Positions 33,288-45,929 are shown, counted from the first letter of the stretch. The stretch: 45,929 nucleotides of DNA from Elsinoe ampelina (GCA_010093995.1 ML992504.1:1554360-1600288); one strand, 5' to 3'. Translations and numbers: made by a program. The notes: generated by a model from the sequence alone, not told the origin.

Positions 33288-35840
33288 CTAGCACGACAGT
33301 GCTGGGCAACCGATCTGGGTTCCGTATGGCTGTGACAGGTCAGTTTGAGGTAACGTGCGACGACAAGGTCAATACTCACGTCCGGACCAGCGATGCCGGC
33401 AATTTGGAAGATGGCGTTGATGACGCCGCCGATACCCTCGCCTGCAATCAGACCTGCGGCCACAGCGTAGCCGTAAATGTCGAAATGCTCGGGTTTCTTC
33501 TTCGCCCAGAAGTAGGCGGGGATGGCGCCCATCAACATGGCCGTTCCGTAATGGGTCTGTGGCAGCACGAATGCCAAGCCAATGCACTGCCGACGTTGTT
33601 AGAGCTGTTCTGATAACATGTGATACTGTGGAAGTGTTTGGGCGGCAAAAAAAGGGGTCGGGTCAGGGGGTGAAGCAAAAACATCTGAAACTCGGGGGAT
33701 TGACATACCATCATGTTGGGGTGATACACGCGGTACTTTTCCCATGTTCCGCGGTATGCGTAATGGCGAACGATGATCATGAAGACACCGAAGATCGCGA
33801 AGACAATCGAGAAAATACCGGAGCTCTTGGGGATCGGGAAGGTTGGGTCGGTGACGGCGATGGCGGTCGCACGCCAGGCGGCAATCGAGGGACCGCTGAA
33901 GGGGCAGGTCTCTGCGTTAAGGTCGATGATGCATGGGTACGCCTTTGCGAAAAGGATGAACATGGCTGGTGCAAGGAACACGGCCACGATTGTGCCAAGA
34001 CCTTGAGCAACCCATTGCTGCTTGGGGTTCGTGCGGAGCAGGAAACCAACGCGGAAGTCGCCGACAAGATCAGAGGCCTGGTTGGCACCGATGGACGCAA
34101 GAGAACCACCGAGCAAGTTGAGGCGTTGGGCCTTCTCGGTGACCCATCCCTCGCCCTTCGTCGCGCCACCGAGAACGATCTGGGATGCCTTGGAGGCTGC
34201 GGTGAGAGGTGTAATGTCGGTGACACCAGTGCACTGGATGGCGAGGAACGAGAAGAAGAAGGCCAAGAAGACCGAGAGAAGAGACATGCCGACAGGCATC
34301 TCGAACTGGACGCCCATGACAACGCAAGTGCAGATAATGACGACCAGCAGAAGAGGAGCCCACCAGAACCATGGAATAAGCTCGTGAGGCTCGGCAGAAT
34401 CCTTGACCATGTCGTCGAGTTTTTGCGAAGCGCGACTCTGCATCTTCTCGCTTGGCTGCTTACCCATCTTCTTGGTGATATCGACGTATGCCTTGCAGCA
34501 TGCACGGACGATAGCCTTGCCGATGAAGAAGATGACTTGGTACTGGAGAAGCAGCTCAGTAAAGGACACGGCAATCATGAGCAATACACCAGGCCAAAGG
34601 AGCCAGTAGCGAGGAGATGGGTGGTCCTTGGTGGAGAACTTGGAGGAGAGCGAAGCGTAGGAGATGTACTCGCTCCATTTCTCATCACCGGGAGCGAGTG
34701 GATTACCAAAAGCCATGCCCTGGCGAACAAGGGATGGTCCGATAATACCCCAGGCGATGACTGAACCGAAGAAGAATGAGAAGGCAGTGTTGAGACCAAC
34801 AAGGATACCAGCACCAATGAAGGCAGGGGTGAATTCGATTATCCACAGCCAGTTCTCAACGTCAATGGCTCTGTTGTTGTAGCCGCCCCAGATGTAAAAC
34901 CAGGTGAAGGGATGCCAGTCCCAGAGGATGCCAATGGCATACTGAGACACGACACGGAGAACAAGAGCAGCAGAGAACGCCCATCCGAGTGCCCGCATCT
35001 TCATCTTGGCGATAGCCTCGCCGGTAGCTGCCATGTGCATCGAACGGATGGTCATGGCGGTGGCAGTCGGGGTTGGGAAGATCAGACGCAACTCCCTCGC
35101 CACGTAGATGATGAAGAACTTGCGCAACGGGGTCGCAAACGCAAAACCGAAGTAACCTGACGCGTTCAGCATGCATCTAGAGTGATAGAACGAATGGTCT
35201 GGGGGGTCAGGGGACGAGTGGGGAGGGGGAGGCGATTTATAAAATGCCAAGACTTACCACCGACGAGGGTCAGAGTGATCAAGCGCGGGAAATCGGACTG
35301 CGGGGTGTCCAAGAGGCCGAGTTGGTAGAGTGCCGGAATACCAGAGATGAATACAGACGAAAGGCCACCTGCTGCTGTTGCCGCAGTCTGGACGATGTTG
35401 TTCTCACGGGGACCAAAGTCACCACCGAGGATTGGGAAAGTCTTTGGGAGGACCTTTGCCAATGACTTGAGGACGGAGAAACCAATGATGGCACCGAAAA
35501 GCGATGCACCAAAGGTCCAACCAGTCTTCAATCCGAGGTAAATGTTGGAGGCGTTGACGGCGGCACCGCAGCAGCAGCCGACGAACATGGCACGAATGGT
35601 GACAATGCGGTCGGTCTCCTCCGGCAGATCGTCGAAAGGCTTGAATGGATCGTAGTCGAACTTCATGTCGTCCGGGTCGGTCTCCATCTCGCCAATGACG
35701 GCCGCGTCCTTCTCCTTCTCGTCACCTGACGAGGCGTTGGACTTGGTCTCAACGTTGTGAGCGGCGGCGTCAGATGGCCTGGCGGCGAAGACATTCTGCT
35801 TCTCGGTGAGAGGCGGTTGGTCTGGGTTGATGTGGCCCAT
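33288..35840 (-). CDS. OPT-superfamily (YSL-like clade) oligopeptide/metal-chelate transporter; introns 35157..35257, 33587..33708, 33330..33379
   Basis: TIRAMFVG, NIYLGLKTGWTF, PRENNIVQTAATA, PLRKFFI..LIFPTPTATA, QCTGVTDITP..SKASQ, DLVGDFRVGFLL, YAVAAGLIAGEGIGGV; last exon PYGTQIGCPALSC-stop. Confidence 0.9.
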
Positions 35841-37939
35841 AGGCTGTGAGGCGATCAGCAATCAAAAATGATGAAATGGATGGCGTTGCCTACCTGGACA
35901 GGCCGGTCCATAACCTCTGTGATACCAGTTCCCGACATGGTCAATACCTGTCGACGAGACAATAGGGTGAGGGTAGGGAGCGCGAGACTGGGCCCGGGGA
36001 ATTGGCCTTACTTGTATGATTCGGACACGATCGACATGGTCTCGTCGATACCACAAGATGGCAGGTCAGGGCTCACTCGGGGTCAGAGCTAAATTAGCGT
36101 TTTACTATCCTCAACCTTCTGTATCTCTCTCGCAGCCGACGTATCGCATTCGGGGCCAACCATAGGGTCGAAGCGTGGTGCAAACAGCGTCAGGTATGCA
36201 CAAGCAGCTTCCTGATGCGGATTAGTGCTCAGTGAATCAAGCACCTCATGCCAAGGCGTGCTAATGTAACTTCGTGGGGTGGGAAGCATCAGCGGCGGTT
36301 TGGCAGGCGGTGGTGGACATTTGTTGCGCCTGTCGCGTGCATCACTGGCGTGCCTAGCCGGAGACGGGAGGGGAGCGATAGGACGGTGAAGCCAGATTGG
36401 CTAGGCGAGCGAATCACACGTTGGTGGCTTTATCCAGAGGGTTCGCCTAGCGCGAGGGTCTACAGCAGGTCGGCTTATCTCGGCAAGGATATGGCGCGCA
36501 TTTTGATCCAGACAAGCATTGGAACAGCGATCCAACGGCGGTTTGGCTGCGGGGGAAAAGATTGAGGACGGTAGTGCAGACACGCTTCCAATCGGTGACA
36601 GTATAGAGATCTGGCGGCGAATTTTGTTTTTTCTGACATGGTGTTTTCATCATACCTGTCGCTGACACGGGGATGGTATGTAGATGTGACAGAGAGTAGA
36701 TGCAGTGGAAATCAACTCAAACCTACCTGTCGACGTTGCTCGGTCGCAATTTCGTGGAAAGAATTTTCTCGAGCCCTTCCATCAAACCTTCATGAGTCGT
36801 CGGTTGTGGAATTGACCGCAAAACAGCACCGACATAGACAAACTTTGGTCGTTCCCCTGTGCCACATGTGCCACAACCGTAGTCTTGGTCACTGCTTAAT
36901 TGAGGGATCACGCTTTCGGTCGGCCCACATCGTGCGATCGAAAGGAAGGGCTAGAAGGGTTGTCGAAGTCCAACCTCCTGCCTTTCTCTTCGTACCTCGG
37001 AAAGGCCTGAAATGGACGTAATCAAGCATGAGGGAGGGGTGGCATCATGGCAGCTCCCACGGGCAGCATCATCGTCTCCCGCCAGGATCAAGACAGTCAT
37101 GCCGAGAGTTGAGCGCAACGCACATGCTGTACCGCGAAAGTCTAAACTTGTTACTGCTTCCTGCCGTGGCTTCTGATATTCGTATTCGTCTTGTGGTCCC
37201 GTAGGCCGTCAGGACCACCACGCGTGGAAGCTCGCAACATTTGCAACCGCTCACGCGATCAGCGGCGGCAGAGTGCAACCCGCCGGAAGGATCTCTGCGA
37301 CACTGTACCGGTCGCCATGTGGTATTCATGACAATTCACCGGCGGTAGGGCCGTGATAGAGTGATCAATGAAAATCCTTCGGCTAACATGTGACCATTTC
37401 CTCGAAAAGTATTCGTGCTACCAGACCGGGCATCCTGGTGTGGATCACCAACTCTGAGTATTCCAATGTTACCAGAATCGAGTCCAGATCAAACTCATCA
37501 TACCCTTCGTGGGTTCGCGCCCTGTAGCGTGGGTGCTAGCACCAAGTGGGCATACGTGCAGATCCAAGTCTCTTGGTGAAGCTTGAGGGAGGAGAGCGGA
37601 GAATATGTACCTACTGTAGGTACTGTACAGTAATAAGTTACAGTACTGCTTTTGGTGGCTTTGGCCCCCGTGAAAGCTCCGGCTGATCGTCGGGAATGTT
37701 TACCCCAAGCTTTGACAAAAGTTGAACAGCTTCATGTGACAAGGCAGGTGATTGCTATACTACGCTCATTCTGAATGATTCACACGCTCCTTTGACCATG
37801 TTGCCATGCGTTTGAGATATCAGTCTCGCAGGGCGACGTGCCATTGAACATCTAGCAGGAACAGAAGACTATCTGGGTTCGGAGTCGACAGTATCCCCGC
37901 CCCTGAAAGAAGCATACCTTTTTCAGGCCATCTCTGAGC

Positions 37940-39811
37940 ATGAGGGCACGACGCATACCGACGCTTTTACTGGCTGTCGTTGTCGCCGGAACCTTTTTTG
38001 TATTCTTACGACAAAATCTTACAGGATCGCATCGGACTCAACGACCAGTCGCGCCTGTTCGACCTCCAGGTCCTCCTGAAAACGCAGACCACGAGAAGAG
38101 CCAACCTGCTCCGCGACCTCTCAATGGCGTACGCGAGCACCCCATTGATCTCTTGGTCAAAGACAATGAACGCGACTTCCGCGCCATGATAGACCGCCAA
38201 TCGGTGTCTCTGGAAGATGCTGTCAAAAACTACAAAGCAAGATATGGGATGCCTCCACCTCCTCGATTCGACGACTGGTACCGATTCGCGAAGAAGAAGG
38301 GAGTACAGATAATAGATGATTATGACACTATATACCATTCAATGCTACCCTTCTGGGGTCTGCAACCAAGCACGATCCGAGCACGGGTCCGAGAAGCTCT
38401 GGGCTTTGATGGAAATGCTCTGATCGCAATCATGATACGAGGAGGAAAAGTTACACATCATCAAGCAGGCCCAGAATGGCAACAGACCGCTACGATTGGC
38501 ATGATTGATGAGTTCATTCAGCATCTTCCCGACATGGATTTGGCCTTCAACATCCACGATGAGCCCCGAGTCGTGGTACCTCACGACGAGCTGGACCGAT
38601 TGGTAGCGCTGGGCAAGTCGCGACAAAGTAGACTTCTGAAACCCAAGCGAAAGGACTTCTCTCCTCGTCCTCGAGACCTGCAATCTGGTCAGCGTATCGA
38701 CGAGGTCAAGACTACGCGCTTCAACGTCTTTGCTCATCAGCCTGTGTGGCTACCCTCCCGCCTCTCCTGCAGCATCGACTCCCCTGCTCGCGCGATCGAG
38801 GAATCCCAGGCTCAAGATGACCTCGACAAGTACGCCCTCAGCTCCCTCGGTTTCATCCACAACCACACAGCCTTCACCGACGTCTGTAACACCCCCTCCC
38901 TCGCCACCTCCCACGGCTTCTTCGACCGCCCCAACGCCTTCAACGTAGTCCACGACCTCGTCCCCATCTTCTCTCAATCCAAAATGTCCTCCTTCCAAGA
39001 CATCCTCTATCCGTCCCCCTGGTACTTCAGCGAAAAAGTCCACTACGACCCAGCCAAAGACCCAACCTGGACCTCCAAAGCCCCCAAACTCTGGTGGGTC
39101 GGCAGCACCACGGGCGGCTTCTCCCGCAACGGAGGCTGGCGCCGGCAACACCGCCAAAAACTCGTCACCAAACTCAACGCCCTCGACACCGCCAAAATCA
39201 TGCAAAACCGCGCGGCCATCGACCGCAAAGAACTCGGCGGCGAGAACCCGGAATGGGCGGTGAAAGAAGTGCCCCGCGACTCGTACAAAGAGCTCATGGA
39301 CGTGCACTTTAGCCACATCGGACAATGCGACCCGGGGGACTGCGACGCGCAGAAGGAATTTTTCCAGATGGTCAAGCAGGCGGATTTCCAAACTGCGTGG
39401 AAACATAAATTCCTCCTCGACGTGGACGGGAACGCCTTCAGTGGCCGATTCTATGCGTTTTTGAAAAGCAAGAGTTTGCCGATCAAGATGAATGTGTTCC
39501 GCGAGTGGCACGAGGAGTGGATACGGCCGTGGGTGCATTTTGTCCCGCTGAGTCTGCGCGCCGAGGAGGGGTTGGAGATTGTGAGGTATTTCTCAGGAGA
39601 GGATGAGGGGAGGCGGACGGCCGAGAGACTCGCGGAGCAGGGGAGGATGTGGGCGGAGAAGACGTTGCGGAATGAGGATTTTGTGGTGTGGTTTTTTAGG
39701 TTGTTGTTGGAGTGAGTGTTACCCTTGAGGAGATTGCAGGGGAGGGGTGCTAATGTGGCCAGGTATGCGAGGGTGATTGATGATGATAGGGAGAATATTG
39801 GTTATGAGTGA
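37940..39811 (+). CDS. Glycosyltransferase family 90 (CAP10-like / beta-1,2-xylosyltransferase-like); intron 39712..39762
   Basis: Type II membrane anchor; YKARYGMPPPPRFDDWY, LPDMDLAFNIHDEPRV, PIFSQSK..DILYPSPWY, LWWVGSTTGG, KFLLDVDGNAFSGRF, EWHEEWIRPWVHFVP and spliced end FRLLLEYARVIDDDR. Confidence 0.9.
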
Positions 39812-40053
39812 CGAGATGTGGATCGATAGGGGGAGGTGGTTTGTATATGATATACGATGAAGAGATGGTTATTCTTATCCCTGTACAAGAAGCATGGCGC
39901 GGACATATGGTACATACATCTGAATGAGTTTCATTGCCACTCTAGCTATACGCCGTCTAGGTCTGCGCCTGGTCCCCGTCTACAGCAACGCCGTTCTCGT
40001 CATCTCATCATCACTCGTCACCTCGTCCCCAATGCTCAGTATCCACCACCCGC

Positions 40054-41231
40054 TCAGTGGTTGCAGAGCACATACCTGTACCTCGCCTTTCCAGCATCCA
40101 TATCCACGATCGCCTTGTTCGCCTCCTTCATCGGCACGTTGTTGTTCCATGTGTGCACATTCTTCTCAGCGAAGAAGTTCAACATATCCTGAATCTCCTT
40201 TGGCGAACCGATCATGCTACCCCAGATACTCGCGCCCTTGGGGATCAAGCTGAACATGTTGAAGCCTGGGATCTGGTCCTCCGGTGCACCGACCTGGACG
40301 AATCGTCCCTTGTACTTGAGCAGACCGAGGTACTCCTGCAGGGGCATCTTGTGGCTGCTCACGGTGCAGATGATGACGTCGAGACTGCCGGCGTGCTTGG
40401 AAGCCCAGTCCTTGTCTTCGTCCGTGGCGATGAAGTCGGTGGCGCCCATCTTGAGGGCGTCAGCCTTCTTGGTGCCGGTACGTGAGATGGCAGTGATCTT
40501 GTCTGCTCCAAGGGCTTTGGCGCCGAGGATACCGAAGTGGCCTAGACCCCCGATACCGATGATTCCGACGCTCTTGCCTGGTCCAGCGCCATGGCGCTGA
40601 AGTGGGGAGAAGACGGTGACGCCGCCGCAGAGCATGGGGGCTGCGATGTCGGATGGGAGGGCGTCGGGGATCTTCACGACGAGGTGGCCTTGGCCTCGCC
40701 AGTGAGATGCATAGCCGCCGGCGGAGGTAGAGCCGTCTGATCAGAAATTAGTCCCTGGTATACCATAGAGCATAAAGTATGGTGCGTACCAACTGGCCAC
40801 TTGCTGCCGAATGTGGCAACAACGGCCTTGCAGTGCTGCTCTTGACCATCGGCACAGCCCTCACAGTCGCCGTTCTGGTTTCTGCAAGCACCAGCTTGGG
40901 CACCGACACCAACGCGGTCGCCGACCTTGATGTGGGAGACATCCTTGCCTACACGGACCGCCTTGCCGACGATCTCGTGGCCGACGACGATTGGGTATGG
41001 AGTTGGGTACCACCCAGAGCGGAGAGTATGGATGTCAGAGGCGCAGATACCGCAGTGGGAGATCTCAATGTCGACGTCGGCCTGGGACGATTAGCGAGGA
41101 TTCTGCTACGGAACCATGGTGCGTAGTGCCTCCTCCCAGGTCTTTGGCTTGAATTCCTCCCAAGACATGTTGCCCTCGGCAGACTTTGGGTCCTTGGCGA
41201 CCCATCCCTCGAACTTGTAATCAGTAGACAT
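40054..41231 (-). CDS. NADP-dependent Zn alcohol dehydrogenase (Adh6/Adh7, cinnamyl-alcohol dehydrogenase-like); introns 41082..41129 (probable GC-AG) and 40737..40789
   Basis: MSTDYKFEGW..KPKTWEE/ADVDIEISHCGICASDIH..VVGHEIVG..RVGVGAQ, four structural-Zn cysteines, GGYA, APMLCGGVTVFSPL, GIIGIGGLGHFG, ARYRYVL. Confidence 0.9.
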
Positions 41232-42019
41232 CTTGTAGTTGTGTATGGTGTTTTGTGGTTGTCGAGGTGTGGATGTGGTGTTGTCGTGGTAGGTTGGAGT
41301 GTCCAGCTCAACTGGAGGAAACGCGACCATATATACCTCACAACGGATTGATCCCGATTTACCTCATAGACTTTTCAGTAACCCTGAGCTCACCCGTGTC
41401 GCAGAGCTCTCGAGCATTCTCTGCGTGATGTCACTTTGGACATTACGGACTTTGCGGATGTGATAGCTCCAGAGAAATGCCACTTTTTTGTGGAGATCGG
41501 CACTGCAACTGCTGTTTGCGGCAACGGCAACGGCAAGAGAAAGCAGATGCGGTCGCGGACAAGAGCGGCCGCAACCCGAGCTGCAGGAACCTTTGCGTAC
41601 AGACGGGTATTATACGTTGTACGAATTAGATCGATCATGTGTGCTCTACCATTCACATTGATCCCGTACAACAACTTCTCCTACGCCGGTGTAAGCTGAT
41701 CAACAACTCCACCACAAACAAACACAAGCTGATGGAGAGCTGATGGAGAGCTGGATTATAATACACCAACGGTTGATTGATCAAGGCTATCTGAAGCTGC
41801 ACGGCTGAAAGAAGAGCTGGAAGGAAGCTGCTCAAAGCCGCTGAGTCATCCGCCAAGCCGACACCGGACATACAGTACATAGTCCGTCCGTGGTTCTGTC
41901 AACCTCGGCAAGAGCTGTGGTGCCAAGAAGGACCCTGATTCAGTGCACCCAAAGTTGAACTGAGACTCATCAACGGTTATACCAATTTATGATCAATTTC
42001 GACAGTTATTGTCTTATTC

Positions 42020-42165
42020 TGTTAAAGCTTAGGAGTTCTGTCAATTTAGTTATCTCTTAGGTTATTAGGTTAAGTATTTATATAGTAAGAATCTACCTAA
42101 TTTTAGTGGATTAGGCAGTAATAAATCTTCTCTTTCCCTACACACAAGTTAATAGTTATAAGCCC
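42020..42165 (+). repeat. Putative 5' LTR (42020..42154) and primer-binding site (42155..42165)
   Basis: Starts TGTTAA and ends TTAATA (RIP-compatible with TGTTGA...TCAACA), immediately followed by GTTATAAGCCC, which resembles the copia-type GGTTATG(A/G)GCCC PBS. The 3' LTR is outside the window, so the boundaries are unconfirmed. Confidence 0.5.
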
Positions 42166-44806
42166 GGTATAACTACCCCTATATAAGTAGAGTATTTAGT
42201 TGTCTTCCTATTCTATCTATTAGTTAATTCTCTATTATCTCGCTTTTTAAGCACTAGAATCTGTCAAGTACTGCCTTAACTACAACTATAGGATTTAGGT
42301 GTTAATAAAGAGATAAACAACTATAGATACTAACATACTAACAGCTAGAACACCTATCATTCTTACTACATTAGCTGAATAGGCTAGCTAGCTATATATT
42401 ATTAAGACTAGAGCTTTAAACACTAAGATCTAGCATATTATTAATCCCTAATAGACTATTAAACTAGAAGGACTCCCTAAGCCTTAGAGGCTAGATATAT
42501 TAGATTCTAACTTCTTAGCACTCTTCTAGATCTATAAGGAGGAGTAAGCTTAGCATAACAAGTAGCATAAGGCATTAGTAGATCTAGCTAGCCTTATTTA
42601 GTTATTAATTGCACTATAAGTTCTTATAGTTATCTAACTAAAGGGAGATCCCTATCTATAGGCTATCCTTAGAGTATTAAAGAATAGATTTGTACTATCT
42701 AATGCTATAATCTAGCTAGAGGTTAAAGCTCTCTAGAGGAGACAACTCTCTAGTCTATTATTATAGAACATAGACTATTAGCTTTAGTAATAGGAAGAGG
42801 TTATAGACAAGGCTAGGAATTACAACCTACTAGAAGCTTAAGGCTTAAGGCTATAGAGAGATTTCTTACTCTCTATCTTAAGGACTAAACTAGTATTTAC
42901 TAATAAATATCTTATTAATCTAGATTTACTAACTCTGCTAACTATGCTTAAACTAATTACTAAGTTTAGATAGTTTTATAAACTTTATAAGCTATATAGT
43001 ACTACAAAGGCTAGTAAGGGAGCAATAGTATTCCCTATAGCTACTAAGGACTCTATAAAAGAGCCTAGTCCTACTAGGGAGCCTAGATGTGTATACTAGA
43101 AGCGGCATAAGTAGAGTAAGTGCTATTACTTAAATAAGTATCTAAGGCTAGAAGAATAGTTACTAAACTAATAGACCCTTAAGGAGGTTAAGTAAAGGCT
43201 TAATAATAAGGCCTTAAGGGAGAAGGTTAAAGCTATCCTTGCTAAGGAGGCTTACCTTTATAAGGGGTTATCCCTACTAGTGCTAATTAACATAGCTATA
43301 ACTATTAGATTATACTTAGTATTTATCTTAGCTACTAGTAACATCTTAAGTTTATAGATTCTAGATTCTAAAGCAACTAATCATATCTATAATTACACTA
43401 TAAAGGACAGATATAAGGTTACTAGACTTATAGAACCTTATAAGTAAATATTCTATAGTAACACCGCTCTTACAATTAAGAGCTAGGGATTAATTACTAT
43501 TATAGCTCTCTATAAGGGGCAGCTAGTAACTATCTAACTTATATAGGTAGCTTATATGCCATTAATAATAACTAATCTAGTTAGTCTTAGGAGGTTCCTA
43601 AAGGGTAGAGTCTACTAAAACACTTAAACTATAAAGATTAATTATAAAGGGAAGGTACTCTTCTTAGTAACTCTAAAACATAATTAATATATAGTAGAGA
43701 ATAACTCTAAAGCTCCTTATGCTATTACTATAGCTATAGGAGGCACTAGAGATCCTTATCTATTAGTATTTACCTTAGTTATAACAAGGACTAATTAATC
43801 CTAGTATAAAGTTATAGGCTATCTAAGTATAGAGTCTATTAATTACCTCTTAACTGCTATAGTTAGTAGTAAACTAACTTTAACTAAGTCTAACTTGTAT
43901 TAACTAATTTATCTTAGGTTACTATATTAGACTTGTGAGCTATTAAATGCTTAGAAGCTTATCTTAAGGAGCCCTAACACTAAGATTGTTATAACTAAGC
44001 CCTTTAAAAGGATTACCTTTAACATTATTATTAATAGGTTTACTAGCTATAATAAGGCAAGGTATATAAGCTATTTTGCCTATAGGGCTACTAACTATCA
44101 CCTTGTAAGCAGTTATACTTATAGATATAAGATTAATAAAATCTGTATTAAGATAATTACCTATATTAAAAGTAATCTTAGCTTTAAGGTTAGATTTATC
44201 AGAAGTAACAATAAAGGAGCCTTTAGCCTTAGATTTACTATCTTCCTAGATAGTAAAGGTATCTAAAGAGAGCTATCTACTCTATATACTCTAGTATAGA
44301 ATAGTTATAGTAAAAGGATAAGGTCTATACTATTAAGGAGAGCAAGGGCAGTAGCTATCTTTGCTAATCTTCTAAGGGAACTATACCCTAAACTATATAG
44401 GTTAGTAGCCTATCTAATAAATAGAACACCTCTTAAGAAGCTAGACTAGAAAACCCTCTTTAAGCTAGTTCATAGATGCCCTCTATCTATATCCTATCTT
44501 AGACCACTTAGATACAAGGCTTATGCCCTAGATTATTATATTATAAGTGGTAATAAGCTTATACTAAGAGCACACATTAGTTATCTAGTTAGATATAACT
44601 TAACTAACATATTTAGGATCTTTATACTAGCCTTAAAGAAGGTTATTAGAACTAGGGATGTTAGATTTAATAAGACTTAGTTTTATAAGCTAGAGGAGTA
44701 GCCTTAGCCTTAGCCTATTAGACTACTTAATCTACTAAGACTGCTATAGAAAGTTAAGGAGAATATACCTTAAACTAAAGAGGTAACTAAAGGTCTATCT
44801 GTACTG

Positions 44807-44878
44807 TAGAATCTAGTTTAGAATCTAGTTTAGAATCTAGTTTAGAATCTAGTTAAGAATCTAGCTTAGAATTCAGTT
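44807..44878. repeat. 12-bp tandem repeat (TAGAATCTAGTT) x ~6 in the INT-RT linker of the copia element
   Basis: Four perfect and two degenerate copies read directly; the unit length preserves frame. Confidence 0.85.
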
Positions 44879-45929
44879 TAGTAGATTCTAACTAAGGAAC
44901 TAAATAATTACAGTTTATTATTATAGTTATAGGCTTAATAGGCTCTATTACCTCCACTGGATAATTATAGTCTACTATTATAGTTATAGACCCTAGAGCT
45001 AAACCCGGCTTAGATCTAGGAGGCTACATTACTAGAGTAGTTCTATAATACTCTAGCCTCTCTACCCTTAATAGCTATATAGCCTTTACCTCTATCTAAA
45101 GCTAAAACTGTAAGGAGTAAGGTAGAAGCCCTAGCTAAAGAGGTGACTAAGGAGCCTAAATAGCCTAGAAGAAGGATTGCTATAAGGTTAGCTAACCTAT
45201 TGCCTAAGTATATTCTTACTATAAGAAGGACTAGGAAACTAAGAAGGTAGGCCTACATTACTAGTCTTATATAGCCTTAGGAGGCTCCTAGATATTATTA
45301 AGCTTTTAATGCTTATCTATTAATAAAGCTAATCTAGCTAAAGCTAGAACTAAGGGATAATCTACCTCTACTACTAGCTAACATTAGGGAGCTATAAGCT
45401 TATCCTTATAGGGAGCAATTCTAATAAGCAATAAAGGTAGAATTGCTTACTCTCTATTTAAAAGACACTTAGACTATTATACTTACATCTTAAGCTATAG
45501 GGAAGCTAGTGCTACTAACCTAGGTCTTTATATATAAGACTAATAACAAAGGAGAAGTTATTAAACACAAGGTAAGGCTTTATATAAGAGGTAATCTTTA
45601 ATCTATAGAGTTAGAGACTTATATAGCTATATTAGCTACTAAGATTTTTAGAATGCTTATAGCTCTCCTTACTTACAAGGATATAGAGGCTATCTAGATA
45701 GATGTTATTAATGCTTATATTAATAGTCCTATTAATAAGACAACCTACTATACTATTCTACCTAGATTTAAGCTTATACTAGAGGTGCTTATAAAGGACT
45801 ATCCTAGTATAGTATTATCTAATATAATCCTCCTACTAAAGAAGGCACTCTATAGCCTTAAACAAGCACTAGCTCTCTAGTATATAGAATTTACTACTAC
45901 ACTAAAGAATCTTAGATTTACTTAGGCCC

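Larger units (their letters stand above)
42020..45929 (+). mobile_element. Ty1/copia LTR retrotransposon, inactivated by RIP, truncated by the window end
   Basis: Abrupt AT/TpA-rich sequence. Reverting C>T/G>A restores protease (W)ILDS(G)AT(D)HI(C)N at ~43355, GAG-pre-integrase (WH)..G(H)L..C..C at ~43800-43940, integrase IRS(D)N(E)G, YT(P).(Q)N(G).SER and AYLINRTP at ~44200-44430, RTRDVRFN at ~44650, and RT (W)VF.YK..KHK(A)RL..RG(D), DV.NAY, KALY(G)LKQA at ~45520-45870. The PR-INT-RT order is copia-type. Confidence 0.92.

Noticed and set aside
33559..34764. 401-aa ORF on the + strand
   Set aside because: Antisense shadow of the OPT transporter caused by its codon bias. The same applies to 11210..12004, 38750..39538, 30518..31222 and 10138..10761.
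41897..41985. Alternative LTR start (TGTCAA at ~41897; TCAACGGTTAT at ~41970)
   Set aside because: This segment is not RIP-mutated and lacks a full PBS match; 42020 fits the composition change better. It cannot be settled without the 3' LTR.
42020..45929. TAAGTTA/TAACTTA-like motifs inside the copia element as footprints
   Set aside because: RIP generates abundant TA dinucleotides there, so such matches are uninformative and were excluded from the count.

Overview
Gene-dense DNA of a filamentous ascomycete (Pezizomycotina; short, mostly ~47-56 nt introns with CTRAC/CTRAY branch sites, RIP-mutated repeat). From left to right: three housekeeping genes (Byr4-like cytokinesis regulator, XRCC4-like protein, Pho80/PREG cyclin); a compact four-gene cluster made of two divergent pairs (lamB/PxpA-like + stand-alone urea-carboxylase-like lamA; cytosolic oxalate decarboxylase + DUF1275 membrane protein); a GST gene remnant; an alpha-glucoside-type MFS transporter; a ~4.8 kb gene-poor interval with minisatellites; a Gly/Gln-rich protein; an unknown membrane protein; an Ldb17/SPIN90 homolog; a secreted Ser/Thr-rich protein; an OPT/YSL transporter; a GT90/CAP10-like glycosyltransferase; an NADP-dependent Zn alcohol dehydrogenase; and, from ~42.0 kb to the end, a heavily RIP-mutated Ty1/copia LTR retrotransposon. 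Two observations stand out. (1) The lamB-lamA-oxdC-DUF1275 cluster, whose carboxylase appears to have a non-urea-type active site, is a candidate amide/oxalate (e.g. oxamate) catabolic pathway. (2) There is a strong excess of TA-NNN-TA motifs (TAAGTTA/TAACTTA, TACAGTA/TACTGTA) that look like accumulated Tc1/mariner excision footprints; one of them is exactly the 5-bp insertion that breaks the GST reading frame. All splice coordinates and motif counts were made by eye, and family assignments rest on recognised motifs, not on database searches.
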